64,000 nt of DNA from the human T2T-CHM13v2.0 reference genome, Homo sapiens. Position numbers and translations under genes: made by a program. Below the pieces are notes generated by a model. That model did not search any database. It had not been told where the DNA came from and worked only from the letters and a program-made list of their open reading frames with translations. Positions 43,517 to 62,874 of this stretch are shown piece by piece (the first letter of the stretch is position 1; every line of letters starts with the position of its first letter). The DNA lies in assembly GCF_009914755.1 (NCBI RefSeq), contig NC_060948.1; one strand, given 5' to 3'.

Positions 43517-45623
43517 AGATCCATATTTTTTAAATGAAAAAAAATTTCAAAGGTACTCTGCTTGGTACAATAATCAAATGTATAAACTGAGGAATAAAAC
43601 ATAACCATGAAACCTACTTATAACTGCATATGGAAAATACAGAGGATAATTTTTTAAATAACATATTTTGAAAGCCTTAACTAGTAATTTGAAGAGTTGG
43701 CATTTGAAAGGCCAGTATGAATATACCTTCAAAGCAGCAACACAGGTTCCCCATGAGAAAAAGCAAACACAGGGAAAATAAAAACACAAAGGTTCAATCT
43801 CTTCTGACCTTTGAAAGACACAGCACAGACAGTGGTCCTTAGGACGAAGAGCAGGAGACCCCTAATTCCGTCACCATGGCGATAGGGCATAAACATTGCT
43901 GGGTGAGGGCACAATCCACATTGTGAGGTCCAACTGCTGCCAGGAAGACAGGAGTGCTTTTACATAGACCGAAAGGTCATTGAAGGCTCAGAGTTTTGTT
44001 TCAAGAACTGAATCCCAAGCCCACACGTTATTAGGCTGCGCTTCTTAAAACAAGTTATGAGATGGGAAAAAGGGCACCCACAAACATACGTATATATTAT
44101 GTATATAATAATATACAGTATCATATATATAATATATATAACCTATGTATAATATTGTTTTACATCCTGCATCTTATGTTATATATATTGTATAAAATAT
44201 AATAATTGATAATATATAAGTTTTATAATTATACAATATGACATATAGTATATATTATAATTTATGACATATATAATATATGTTATATGTCATATATAGA
44301 ATATATTATACGGTTAATATACGTATTAAATATAAATTATACATTATATATATTATATATAATATATCTGTTATATATAATACCCATTATGCATAATATA
44401 TATATTATGTCTATGTTATATATAGTATAAAACAACATATAATAATATATAATTGTATATATAAAATGCGACATATAATATATATTATATTTTATAACAT
44501 ATGTAATATATATTATATATTATATATAATACGTTGTATGTATAATACCTATATTAAATATATATTATATGACTATGTTATTAATTACATGTCACATGTG
44601 TTATATATTATATATTTTACATAGAATATACCGGTTACATACAATATATACTATGTTACCTATAATGTATAATTTATTACATGTAAAATAAAGAATGCAA
44701 TATATTATGTATAATTTATAATATACAATATGTGGAATGTGACATATGTAACATATAATATATGATATATGATATACAGTATATGATATATAACATACAA
44801 TATATGATTCCTAATATATATGGTATACAATATCTATTTTATGATATGTATTCTATATGTTTTATATTCTGTTATATATAACTATTTGAAATTATATATA
44901 ACTGTATAATATTTTATGTAAATATGTAATATAATATATATAACTATATAATATATTATATATAACTATATATTATGTTATATATACTTTTATAACATAA
45001 TTTACATAAAATATCATAATATAATATATATTATATTATTTCATATTACATAATATATATTACATATCACCCAATATAACTAACATACATAATATTATAA
45101 TATAGATTATATTATGTTATATTAAATATCATATATATCATGTATCATATATTCTATAATATATATTACACATTATATAATATGTATGTTGTCTATTATG
45201 TGATATATATAACTATATATATAATTATATTTTTATACATATAACTAGATAAACATGTAATTCTACATATTTTCATTTATAATATGTAGAATTATATAAT
45301 CATATATAATTATTTATATTCTATAAAAAATTTTATCATTATATAAATTATAATATATAAAAATTATAATATGTACTACAAATATATATATATTATATAT
45401 CATATATGATATAGTACCTTTGTTATATATCATAATACATATAAATGTGTATTATGTTATCTATAATTATATAATTTCATATATAAGATGTATAATATGT
45501 ATCATATATTATATATGTTATGAAATATATATAGTATATATAAGATGACACAGGATAAATATTATATACTATGACATATAAAATATATGAGGTTATATGT
45601 TACATATAAGGCATAGCACATAA

Positions 45624-45938
<315 letters not shown>

Positions 45939-48041
45939 AGATCCGTATTTTTTAAATGAAAAAAAATTTCAAAGGTACTCTGCTTGGTACAATAATCAAA
46001 TGTATAAACTGAGGAATAAAACATAACCATGAAACCTACTTATAACTGCATATGGAAAATACAGAGGATAATTTTTTAAATAACATATTTTGAAAGCCTT
46101 AACTAGTAATTTGAAGAGTTGGCATTTGAAAGGCCAGTATGAATATACCTTCAAAGCAGCAACACAGGTTCCCCATGAGAAAAAGCAAACACAGGGAAAA
46201 TAAAAACACAAAGGTTCAATCTCTTCTGACCTTTGAAAGACACAGCACAGACAGTGGTCCTTAGGACGAAGAGCAGGAGACCCCTAATTCCGTCACCATG
46301 GCGATAGGGCATAAACATTGCTGGGTGAGGGCACAATCCACATTGTGAGGTCCAACTGCTGCCAGGAAGACAGGAGTGCTTTTACATAGACCGAAAGGTC
46401 ATTGAAGGCTCAGAGTTTTGTTTCAAGAACTGAATCCCAAGCCCACACGTTATTAGGCTGCGCTTCTTAAAACAAGTTATGAGATGGGAAAAAGGGCACC
46501 CACAAACATACGTATACATTATGTATATAATAATATACAGTATCATATATATAATATATATAACCTATGTATAATATTGTTTTACATCCTGCATCTTATG
46601 TTATATATATTGTATAAAATATAATAATTGATAATATATAAGTTTTATAATTATACAATATGACATATAGTATATATTATAATTTATGACATATATAATA
46701 TATGTTATATATCATATATAGAATATATTATACGGTTAATATACGTATTAAATGTAAATTATACCTTATATATATTATATATAATATATCTGTTATATAT
46801 AATACCCATTATGCATAATATATATATTATGTCTATGTTATATATAGTATAAAACAACATATAATAATATATAATTGTATTTATAAAATGCGACATATAA
46901 TATATATTATATTTTATAACATATGTAATATATATTATATATTATATATAATACGTTGTATGTATAATACCTATATTAAATATATATTATATGACTATGT
47001 TATTAATTACATGTCACATGTGTTATATATTATATATTTTACATAGAATATACCGGTTACATACAATATATACTATGTTACCTATAATGTATAATTGATT
47101 ACATGTAAAATAAAGAATGCAATATATTATGTAAAATTTATAATATACAATATGTGGAATGTGATATATGTAACATATAATATATGATATATGATATACA
47201 GTATATGATATATAACATACAATATATGATTCCTAATATATATGGTATACAATATATATTTTATGATATGTATTCTATATGTTTTATATTCTGTTATATA
47301 TAACTATTTGAAATTATATATAACTGTATAATATTTTATGTAAATATGTAATATAATATATATAACTATATAATATATTATATATAACTATATATTATGT
47401 TATGTATACTTTTATAACATAATTTACATAAAATATCATAATATAATATATATTATATTATTTCATATTACATAATATATATTACATATCAACCAATATA
47501 ACTAACATACATAATATTATAATATAGATTATATTATGTTATATTAAATATCATATATATCATGTATCATATATTCTATAATATATATTACACATTATAT
47601 AATATGTATGTTGTCTATTATGTGATATATATAACTATATATAATTATATTTTTATACATATAACTAGATAAACATGTAATTCTACATATTTTCATTTAT
47701 AATATGTAGAATTATATAATCATATATAATTCTTTATATTCTATAATAAATTTTATCATTATATAAATTATAATATATAAAAATTATAATATGTACTACA
47801 AATATATATATTATATATCATATATGATATAGTACCTTTGTTATATATCATAATACATATAAATGTGTATTATGTTATCTATAATTATATAATTTCATAT
47901 ATAAGGTGTATAATATGTATCATATATTATATATGTTATGTAATATATATAGTATATATAAGATGACACAGGATAAATATTATATACTATGACATATAAA
48001 ATATATGAGGTTATATGTTACATATAAGGCATAGCACATAA

Positions 48042-48356
<315 letters not shown>

Positions 48357-50459
48357 AGATCCATATTTTTTAAATGAAAAAAAATTTCAAAGGTACTCTG
48401 CTTGGTACAATAATCAAATGTATAAACTGAGGAATAAAACATAACCATGAAACCTACTTATAACTGCATATGGAAAATACAGAGGATAATTTTTTAAATA
48501 ACATATTTTGAAAGCCTTAACTAGTAATTTGAAGAGTTGGCATTTGAAAGGCCAGTATGAATATACCTTCAAAGCAGCAACACAGGTTCCCCATGAGAAA
48601 AAGCAAACACAGGGAAAATAAAAACACAAAGGTTCAATCTCTTCTGACCTTTGAAAGACACAGCACAGACAGTGGTCCTTAGGACGAAGAGCAGGAGACC
48701 CCTAATTCCGTCACCATGGCGATAGGGCATAAACATTGCTGGGTGAGGGCACAATCCACATTGTGAGGTCCAACTGCTGCCAGGAAGACAGGAGTGCTTT
48801 TACATAGACCGAAAGGTCATTGAAGGCTCAGAGTTTTGTTTCAAGAACTGAATCCCAAGCCCACACGTTATTAGGCTGCGCTTCCTAAATCAAGTGATGA
48901 GATGGGAAAAAGGGCACCCACAAACATACGTATACATTATGTATATAATAATATACAGTATCATATTTATAATATATATAACCTATGTATAATATTGTTT
49001 TACATCCTGCATCTTATGTTATATATATTGTATAAAATATAATAATTGATAATATATAAGTTTTATAATTATACAATATGACATATAGTATATATTATAA
49101 TTTATGACATATATAATATATGTTATATGTCATATATAGAATATAGTATACGGTTAATATACGTATTAAATATAAATTATACATTATATATATTATATAT
49201 AATATATCTGTTATATATAATACCCATTATGCATAATATATATATTATGTCTATGTTATATATAGTATAAAACAACATATAATAATATATAATTGTATAT
49301 ATAAAATGCGACATATAATATATATTATATTTTATAACATATGTAATATATATTATATATTATATATAATACGTTGTATGTATAATACCTATATTAAATA
49401 TATATTATATGACTATGTTATTAATTACATGTCACATGTGTTATATATTATATATTTTACATAGAATATACCGGTTACATACAATATATACTATGTTACC
49501 TATAATGTATAATTTATTACATGTAAAATAAAGAATGCAATATATTATGTATAATTTATAATATACAATATGTGGAATGTGATATATATAACATATAATA
49601 TATGATATATGATATACAGTATATGATATATAACATACAATATATGATTCCTAATATATATGGTATACAATATATATTTTATGATATGTATTCTATATGT
49701 TTTATATTCTGTTATATATAACTATTTGAAATTATATATAACTGTATAATATTTTATGTAAATATGTAATATAATATATATAACTATATAATATATTATA
49801 TATAACTATATATTATGTTATGTATACTTTTATAACATAATTTACATAAAATATCATAATATAATATATATTATATTATTTCATATTACATAATATATAT
49901 TACATATCACCCAATATAACTAACATACATAATATTATAATATAGATTATATTATGTTATATTAAATATCATATATATCATGTATCATATATTCTATAAT
50001 ATATATTACACATTATATAATATGTATGCTGTCTATTATGTGATATATATAACTATATATAATTATATTTTTATACATATAACTAGATAAACATGTAATT
50101 CTACATATTTTCATTTATAATATGTAGAATTATATAATCATATATAATTATTTATATTCTATAAAAAATTTTATCATTATATAAATTATAATATATAAAA
50201 ATTATAATATGTACTACAAATATATATATTATATATCATATATGATATAGTACCTTTGTTATATATCATAATACATATAAATGTGTATTATGTTATCTAT
50301 AATTATATAATTTCATATATAAGGTGTATAATATGTATCATATATTATATATGTTATGTAATATATATAGTATATATAAGATGACACAGGATAAATATTA
50401 TATACTATGACATATAAAATATATGAGGTTATATGTTACATATAAGGCATAGCACATAA

Positions 50460-50774
<315 letters not shown>

Positions 50775-52902
50775 AGATCCGTATTTTTTAAATGAAAAAA
50801 AATTTCAAAGGTACTCTGCTTGGTACAATAATCAAATGTATAAACTGAGGAATAAAACATAACCATGAAACCTACTTATAACTGCATATGGAAAATACAG
50901 AGGATAATTTTTTAAATAACATATTTTGAAAGCCTTAACTAGTAATTTGAAGAGTTGGCATTTGAAAGGCAAGTATGAATATACCTTCAAAGCAGCAACA
51001 CAGGTTCCCCATGAGAAAAAGCAAACACAGGGAAAATAAAAACACAAAGGTTCAATCTCTTCTGACCTTTGAAAGACACAGCACAGACAGTGGTCCTTAG
51101 GACGAAGAGCAGGAGACCCCTAATTCCGTCACCATGGCGATAGGGCATAAACATTGCTGGGTGAGGGCACAATCCACATTGTGAGGTCCAACTGCTGCCA
51201 GGAAGACAGGAGTGCTTTTACATAGACCGAAAGGTCATTGAAGGCTCAGAGTTTTGTTTCAAGAACTGAATCCCAAGCCCACACGTTATTAGGCTGCGCT
51301 TCTTAAAACAAGTGATGAGATGGGAAAAAGGGCACCCACAAACATACGTATACATTATGTATATAATAATATACAGTATCATATATATAATATATATAAC
51401 CTATGTATAATATTGTTTTACATCCTGCATCTTATGTTATATATATTGTATAAAATATAATAATTGATAATATATAAGTTTTATAATTATACAATATGAC
51501 ATATAGTATATATTATAATTTATGACATATATAATATATGTTATATATCATATATAGAATATATTATACGGTTAATATACGTATTAAATGTAAATTATAC
51601 CTTATATATATTATATATAATATAACTGTTATATATAATACCCATTATGCATAATATATATATTATGTCTATGTTATATATAGTATAAAACAACATATAA
51701 TAATATATAATTGTATATATAAAATGGGACATATAATATATATTATATTTTATAACATATGTAATATATATTATATATTATATATAATACGTTGTATGTA
51801 TAATACCTATATTAAATATATATTATATGACTATGTTATTAATTACATGTCACATGTGTTATATATTATATATTTTACATAGAATATACCGGTTACATAC
51901 AATATATACTATGTTACCTATAATGTATAATTTATTACATGTAAAATAAAGAATGCAATATATTATGTATAATTTATAATATACAATATGTGGAATGTGA
52001 TATATGTAACATATAATATATGATATATGATATACAGTATATGATATATAACATACAATATATGATTCCTAATATATATGGTATACAATATATATTTTAT
52101 GATATGTATTCTATATGTTTTATATTCTGTTATATATAACTATTTGAAATTATATATAACTGTATAATATTTTATGTAAATATGTAATATAATATATATA
52201 ACTATATAATATATTATATATAACTATATATTATGTTATGTATACTTTTATAACATAATTTACATAAAATATCATAATATAATATATATTATATTATTTC
52301 ATATTACATAATATATATTACATATCACCCAATATAACTAACATACATAATATTATAATATAGATTATATTATGTTATATTAAATATCATATATATCATG
52401 TATCATATATTCTATAATATATATTACACATTATATAATATGTATGCTGTCTATTATGTGATATATATAACTATATATATAATTATATTTTTATACATAT
52501 AACTAGATAAACATGTAATTCTACATATTTTCATTTATAATATGTAGAATTATATAATCATATATAATTATTTATATTCTATAAAAAATTTTATCATTAT
52601 ATAAATTATAATATATAAAAATTATAATATGTACTACAAATATATATATTATATATCATATATGATATAGTACCTTTGTTATATATCATAATACATATAA
52701 ATGTGTATTATGTTATCTATAATTATATAATTTCATATATAAGGTGTATAATATGTATCATATATTATATATGTTATGTAATATATATAGTATATATAAG
52801 ATGACACAGGATAAATATTATATACTATGACATATAAAATATATGACGTTATATGTTACATATAAGGCATAGCACATAACATGTAATATATATCATATAT
52901 AA

Positions 52903-53194
52903 TTTTTTTTTAGACAGAATCTTGTCCTGTTGCACAGGGTGGGGTACAATGGCGCCATCTTTGCTCACTGCAACTTCTGCCTCACAGGTCCAAGCGATTG
53001 TCCTCCCTCAGCCTCCCAGGTAGCTGGGACTACACCACACTGGGACTACACCAGCTGCCACCATGCCTAGCTAATTTTTTGGATTTTTAGTAGTGACAGC
53101 GTTTCACTGTATTGGCCAGGATGGTCTTGATCTCTTCACCTTGTGATCCCCTTGCCTTGGCCTCCAAATTTGCTGGGATTACAGGCCTGAGCCA
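52903..53194 (-). mobile_element. Alu copy, unit 22
   Basis: Same Alu sequence; CACGGG>CACAGG. Confidence 0.93.
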
Positions 53195-55299
53195 AGATCC
53201 GTATTTTTTAAATGAAAAAAAATTTCAAAGGTACTCTGCTTGGTACAATAATCAAATGTATAAACTGAGGAATAAAACATAACCATGAAACCTACTTATA
53301 ACTGCATATGGAAAATACAGAGGATAATTTTTTAAATAACATATTTTGAAAGCCTTAACTAGTAATTTGAAGAGTTGGCATTTGAAAGGCAAGTATGAAT
53401 ATACCTTCAAAGCAGCAACACAGGTTCCCCATGAGAAAAAGCAAACACAGGGAAAATAAAAACACAAAGGTTCAATCTCTTCTGACCTTTGAAAGACACA
53501 GCACAGACAGTGGTCCTTAGGACGAAGAGCAGGAGACCCCTAATTCCGTCACCATGGCGATAGGGCATAAACATTGCTGGGTGAGGGCACAATCCACATT
53601 GTGAGGTCCAACTGCTGCCAGGAAGACAGGAGTGCTTTTACATAGACCGAAAGGTCATTGAAGGCTCAGAGTTTTGTTTCAAGAACTGAATCCCAAGCCC
53701 ACACGTTATTAGGCTGCGCTTCTTAAAACAAGTGATGAGATGGGAAAAAGGGCACCCACAAACATACGTATACATTATGTATATAATAATATACAGTATC
53801 ATATATATAATATATATAACCTATGTATAATATTGTTTTACATCCTGCATCTTATGTTATATATATTGTATAAAATATAATAATTGATAATATATAAGTT
53901 TTATAATTATACAATATGACATATAGTATATATTATAATTTATGACATATATAATATATGTTATATATCATATATAGAATATATTATACGGTTAATATAC
54001 GTATTAAATGTAAATTATACCTTATATATATTATATATAATATAACTGTTATATATAATACCCATTATGCATAATATATATATTATGTCTATGTTATATA
54101 TAGTATAAAACAACATATAATAATATATAATTGTATATATAAAATGGGACATATAATATATATTATATTTTATAACATATGTAATATATATTATATATTA
54201 TATATAATACGTTGTATGTATAATACCTATATTAAATATATATTATATGACTATGTTATTAATTACATGTCACATGTGTTATATATTATATATTTTACAT
54301 AGAATATACCGGTTACATACAATATATACTATGTTACCTATAATGTATAATTTATTACATGTAAAATAAAGAATGCAATATATTATGTATAATTTATAAT
54401 ATACAATATGTGGAATGTGATATATGTAACATATAATATATGATATATGATATACAGTATATGATATATAACATACAATATATGATTCCTAATATATATG
54501 GTATACAATATATATTTTATGATATGTATTCTATATGTTTTATATTCTGTTATATATAACTATTTGAAATTATATATAACTGTATAATATTTTATGTAAA
54601 TATGTAATATAATATATATAACTATATAATATATTATATATAACTATATATTATGTTATGTATACTTTTATAACATAATTTACATAAAATATCATAATAT
54701 AATATATATTATATTATTTCATATTACATAATATATATTACATATCACCCAATATAACTAACATACATAATATTATAATATAGATTATATTATGTTATAT
54801 TAAATATCATATATATCATGTATCATATATTCTATAATATATATTACACATTATATAATATGTATGCTGTCTATTATGTGATATATATAACTATATATAT
54901 AATTATATTTTTATACATATAACTAGATAAACATGTAATTCTACATATTTTCATTTATAATATGTAGAATTATATAATCATATATAATTATTTATATTCT
55001 ATAAAAAATTTTATCATTATATAAATTATAATATATAAAAATTATAATATGTACTACAAATATATATATTATATATCATATATGATATAGTACCTTTGTT
55101 ATATATCATAATACATATAAATGTGTATTATGTTATCTATAATTATATAATTTCATATATAAGGTGTATAATATGTATCATATATTATATATGTTATGTA
55201 ATATATATAGTATATATAAGATGACACAGGATAAATATTATATACTATGACATATAAAATATATGAAGTTATATGTTACATATAAGGCATAGCACATAA

Positions 55300-55614
<315 letters not shown>

Positions 55615-57742
55615 AGATCCGTATTTTTTAAATGAAAAAAAATTTCAAAGGTACTCTGCTTGGTACAATAATCAAATGTATAAACTGAGGAATAAAACAT
55701 AACCATGAAACCTACTTATAACTGCATATGGAAAATACAGAGGATAATTTTTTAAATAACATATTTTGAAAGCCTTAACTAGTAATTTGAAGAGTTGGCA
55801 TTTGAAAGGCAAGTATGAATATACCTTCAAAGCAGCAACACAGGTTCCCCATGAGAAAAAGCAAACACAGGGAAAATAAAAACACAAAGGTTCAATCTCT
55901 TCTGACCTTTGAAAGACACAGCACAGACAGTGGTCCTTAGGACGAAGAGCAGGAGACCCCTAATTCCGTCACCATGGCGATAGGGCATAAACATTGCTGG
56001 GTGAGGGCACAATCCACATTGTGAGGTCCAACTGCTGCCAGGAAGACAGGAGTGCTTTTACATAGACCGAAAGGTCATTGAAGGCTCAGAGTTTTGTTTC
56101 AAGAACTGAATCCCAAGCCCACACGTTATTAGGCTGCGCTTCTTAAAACAAGTGATGAGATGGGAAAAAGGGCACCCACAAACATACGTATACATTATGT
56201 ATATAATAATATACAGTATCATATATATAATATATATAACCTATGTATAATATTGTTTTACATCCTGCATCTTATGTTATATATATTGTATAAAATATAA
56301 TAATGGATAATATATAAGTTTTATAATTATACAATATGACATATAGTATATATTATAATTTATGACATATATAATATATGTTATATATCATATATAGAAT
56401 ATATTATACGGTTAATATACGTATTAAATGTAAATTATACCTTATATATATTATATATAATATAACTGTTATATATAATACCCATTATGCATAATATATA
56501 TATTATGTCTATGTTATATATAGTATAAAACAACATATAATAATATATAATTGTATATATAAAATGGGACATATAATATATATTATATTTTATAACATAT
56601 GTAATATATATTATATATTATATATAATACGTTGTATGTATAATACCTATATTAAATATATATTATATGACTATGTTATTAATTACATGTCACATGTGTT
56701 ATATATTATATATTTTACATAGAATATACCGGTTACATACAATATATACTATGTTACCTATAATGTATAATTTATTACATGTAAAATAAAGAATGCAATA
56801 TATTATGTATAATTTATAATATACAATATGTGGAATGTGATATATGTAACATATAATATATGATATATGATATACAGTATATGATATATAACATACAATA
56901 TATGATTCCTAATATATATGGTATACAATATATATTTTATGATATGTATTCTATATGTTTTATATTCTGTTATATATAACTATTTGAAATTATATATAAC
57001 TGTATAATATTTTATGTAAATATGTAATATAATATATATAACTATATAATATATTATATATAACTATATATTATGTTATGTATACTTTTATAACATAATT
57101 TACATAAAATATCATAATATAATATATATTATATTATTTCATATTACATAATATATATTACATATCACCCAATATAACTAACATACATAATATTATAATA
57201 TAGATTATATTATGTTATATTAAATATCATATATATCATGTATCATATATTCTATAATATATATTACACATTATATAATATGTATGCTGTCTATTATGTG
57301 ATATATATAACTATATATATAATTATATTTTTATACATATAACTAGATAAACATGTAATTCTACATATTTTCATTTATAATATGTAGAATTATATAATCA
57401 TATATAATTATTTATATTCTATAAAAAATTTTATCATTATATAAATTATAATATATAAAAATTATAATATGTACTACAAATATATATATTATATATCATA
57501 TATGATATAGTACCTTTGTTATATATCATAATACATATAAATGTGTATTATGTTATCTATAATTATATAATTTCATATAAAAGGTGTATAATATGTATCA
57601 TATATTATATATGTTATGTAATATATATAGTATATATAAGATGACACAGGATAAATATTATATACTATGACATATAAAATATATGACGTTATATGTTACA
57701 TATAAGGCATAGCACATAACATGTAATATATATCATATATAA

Positions 57743-58034
<292 letters not shown>

Positions 58035-60139
58035 AGATCCGTATTTTTTAAATGAAAAAAAATTTCAAAGGTACTCTGCTTGGTACAATAATCAAATGTA
58101 TAAACTGAGGAATAAAACATAACCATGAAACCTACTTATAACTGCATATGGAAAATACAGAGGATAATTTTTTAAATAACATATTTTGAAAGCCTTAACT
58201 AGTAATTTGAAGAGTTGGCATTTGAAAGGCCAGTATGAATATACCTTCAAAGCAGCAACACAGGTTCCCCATGAGAAAAAGCAAACTCAGGGAAAATAAA
58301 ACCACAAAGGTTCAATCTCTTCTGACCTTTGAAAGACACAGCACAGACAGTGGTCCTTAGGACGAAGAGCAGGAGACCCCTAATTCCGTCACCATGGCGA
58401 TAGGGCATAAACATTGCTGGGTGAGGGCACAATCCACATTGTGAGGTCCAACTGCTGCCAGGAAGACAGGAGTGCTTTTACATAGACCGAAAGGTCATTG
58501 AAGGCTCAGAGTTTTGTTTCAAGAACTGAATCCCAAGCCCACACGTTATTAGGCTGCGCTTCTTAAAACAAGTGATGAGATGGGAAAAAGGGCACCCACA
58601 AACATACGTATACATTATGTATATAATAATATACAGTATCATATATATAATATATATAACCTATGTATAATATTGTTTTACATCCTGCATCTTATGTTAT
58701 ATATATTGTATAAAATATAATAATGGATAATATATAAGTTTTATAATTATACAATATGACATATAGTATATATTATAATTTATGACATATATAATATATG
58801 TTATATATCATATATAGAATATATTATACGGTTAATATACGTATTAAATGTAAATTATACCTTATATATATTATATATAATATAACTGTTATATATAATA
58901 CCCATTATGCATAATATATATATTATGTCTATGTTATATATAGTATAAAACAACATATAATAATATATAATTGTATATATAAAATGGGACATATAATATA
59001 TATTATATTTTATAACATATGTAATATATATTATATATTATATATAATACGTTGTATGTATAATACCTATATTAAATATATATTATATGACTATGTTATT
59101 AATTACATGTCACATGTGTTATATATTATATATTTTACATAGAATATACCGGTTACATACAATATATACTATGTTACCTATAATGTATAATTTATTACAT
59201 GTAAAATAAAGAATGCAATATATTATGTATAATTTATAATATACAATATGTGGAATGTGATATATGTAACATATAATATATGATATATGATATACAGTAT
59301 ATGATATATAACATACAATATATGATTCCTAATATATATGGTATACAATATATATTTTATGATATGTATTCTATATGTTTTATATTCTGTTATATATAAC
59401 TATTTGAAATTATATATAACTGTATAATATTTTATGTAAATATATAATATAATATATATAACTATATAATATATTATATATAACTATATATTATGTTATG
59501 TATACTTTTATAACATAATTTACATAAAATATCATAATATAATATATATTATATTATTTCATATTACATAATATATATTACATATCACCCAATATAACTA
59601 ACATACATAATATTATAATATAGATTATATTATGTTATATTAAATATCATATATATCATGTATCATATATTCTATAATATATATTACACATTATATAATA
59701 TGTATGCTGTCTATTATGTGATATATATAACTATATATATAATTATATTTTTATACATATAACTAGATAAACATGTAATTCTACATATTTTCATTTATAA
59801 TATGTAGAATTATATAATCATATATAATTATTTATATTCTATAAAAAATTTTATCATTATATAAATTATAATATATAAAAATTATAATATGTACTACAAA
59901 TATATATATTATATATCATATATGATATAGTACCTTTGTTATATATCATAATACATATAAATGTGTATTATGTTATCTATAATTATATAATTTCATATAT
60001 AAGGTGTATAATATGTATCATATATTATATATGTTATGTAATATATATAGTATATATAAGATGACACAGGATAAATATTATATACTATGACATATAAAAT
60101 ATATGACGTTATATGTTACATATAAGGCATAGCACATAA

Positions 60140-60454
<315 letters not shown>

Positions 60455-62559
60455 AGATCCGTATTTTTTAAATGAAAAAAAATTTCAAAGGTACTCTGCT
60501 TGGTACAATAATCAAATGTATAAACTGAGGAATAAAACATAACCATGAAACCTACTTATAACTGCATATGGAAAATACAGAGGATAATTTTTTAAATAAC
60601 ATATTTTGAAAGCCTTAACTAGTAATTTGAAGAGTTGGCATTTGAAAGGCCAGTATGAATATACCTTCAAAGCAACAACACAGGTTCCCCATGAGAAAAA
60701 GCAAACACAGGGAAAATAAAAACACAAAGGTTCAATCTCTTCTGACCTTTGAAAGACACAGCACAGACAGTGGTCCTTAGGACGAAGAGCAGGAGACCCC
60801 TAATTCCGTCACCATGGCGATAGGGCATAAACATTGCTGGGTGAGGGCACAATCCACATTGTGAGGTCCAACTGCTGCCAGGAAGACAGGAGTGCTTTTA
60901 CATAGACCGAAAGGTCATTGAAGGCTCAGAGTTTTGTTTCAAGAACTGAATCCCAAGCCCACACGTTATTAGGCTGCGCTTCTTAAAACAAGTTATGAGA
61001 TGGGAAAAAGGGCACCCACAAACATACGTATACATTATGTATATAATAATATACAGTATCATCTATATAATATATATAACCTATGTATAATATTGTTTTA
61101 CATCCTGCATCTTATGTTATATATATTGTATAAAATATAATAATTGATAATATATAAGTTTTATAATTATACAATATGACATATAGTATATATTATAATT
61201 TATGACATATATAATATATGTTATATATCATATATAGAATATATTATACGGTTAATATACGTATTAAATGTAAATTATACCTTATATATATTATATATAA
61301 TATAACTGTTATATATAATACCCATTATGCATAATATATATATTATGTCTATGTTATATATAGTATAAAACAACATATAATAATATATAATTGTATATAT
61401 AAAATGGGACATATAATATATATTATATTTTATAACATATGTAATATATATTATATATTATATATAATACGTTGTATGTATAATACCTATATTAAATATA
61501 TATTATATGACTATGTTATTAATTACATGTCACATGTGTTATATATTATATATTTTACATAGAATATACCGGTTACATACAATATATACTATGTTACCTA
61601 TAATGTATAATTTATTACATGTAAAATAAAGAATGCAATATATTATGTATAATTTATAATATACAATATGTGGAATGTGATATATGTAACATATAATATA
61701 TGATATATGATATACAGTATATGATATATAACATACAATATATGATTCCTAATATATATGGTATACAATATATATTTTATGATATGTATTCTATATGTTT
61801 TATATTCTGTTATATATAACTATTTGAAATTATATATAACTGTATAATATTTTATGTAAATATGTAATATAATATATATAACTATATAATATATTATATA
61901 TAACTATATATTATGTTATGTATACTTTTATAACATAATTTACATAAAATATCATAATATAATATATATTATATTATTTCATATTACATAATATATATTA
62001 CATATCACCCAATATAACTAACATACATAATATTATAATATAGATTATATTATGTTATATTAAATATCATATATATCATGTATCATATATTCTATAATAT
62101 ATATTACACATTATATAATATGTATGCTGTCTATTATGTGATATATATAACTATATATATAATTATATTTTTATACATATAACTAGATAAACATGTAATT
62201 CTACATATTTTCATTTATAATATGTAGAATTATATAATCATATATAATTATTTATATTCTATAAAAAATTTTATCATTATATAAATTATAATATATAAAA
62301 ATTATAATATGTACTACAAATATATATATTATATATCATATATGATATAGTACCTTTGTTATATATCATAATACATATAAATGTGTATTATGTTATCTAT
62401 AATTATATAATTTCATATATAAGGTGTATAATATGTATCATATATTATATATGTTATGTAATATATATAGTATATATAAGATGACACAGGAGAAATATTA
62501 TATACTATGACATATAAAATATATGACGTTATATGTTACATATAAGGCATAGCACATAA

Positions 62560-62874
<315 letters not shown>
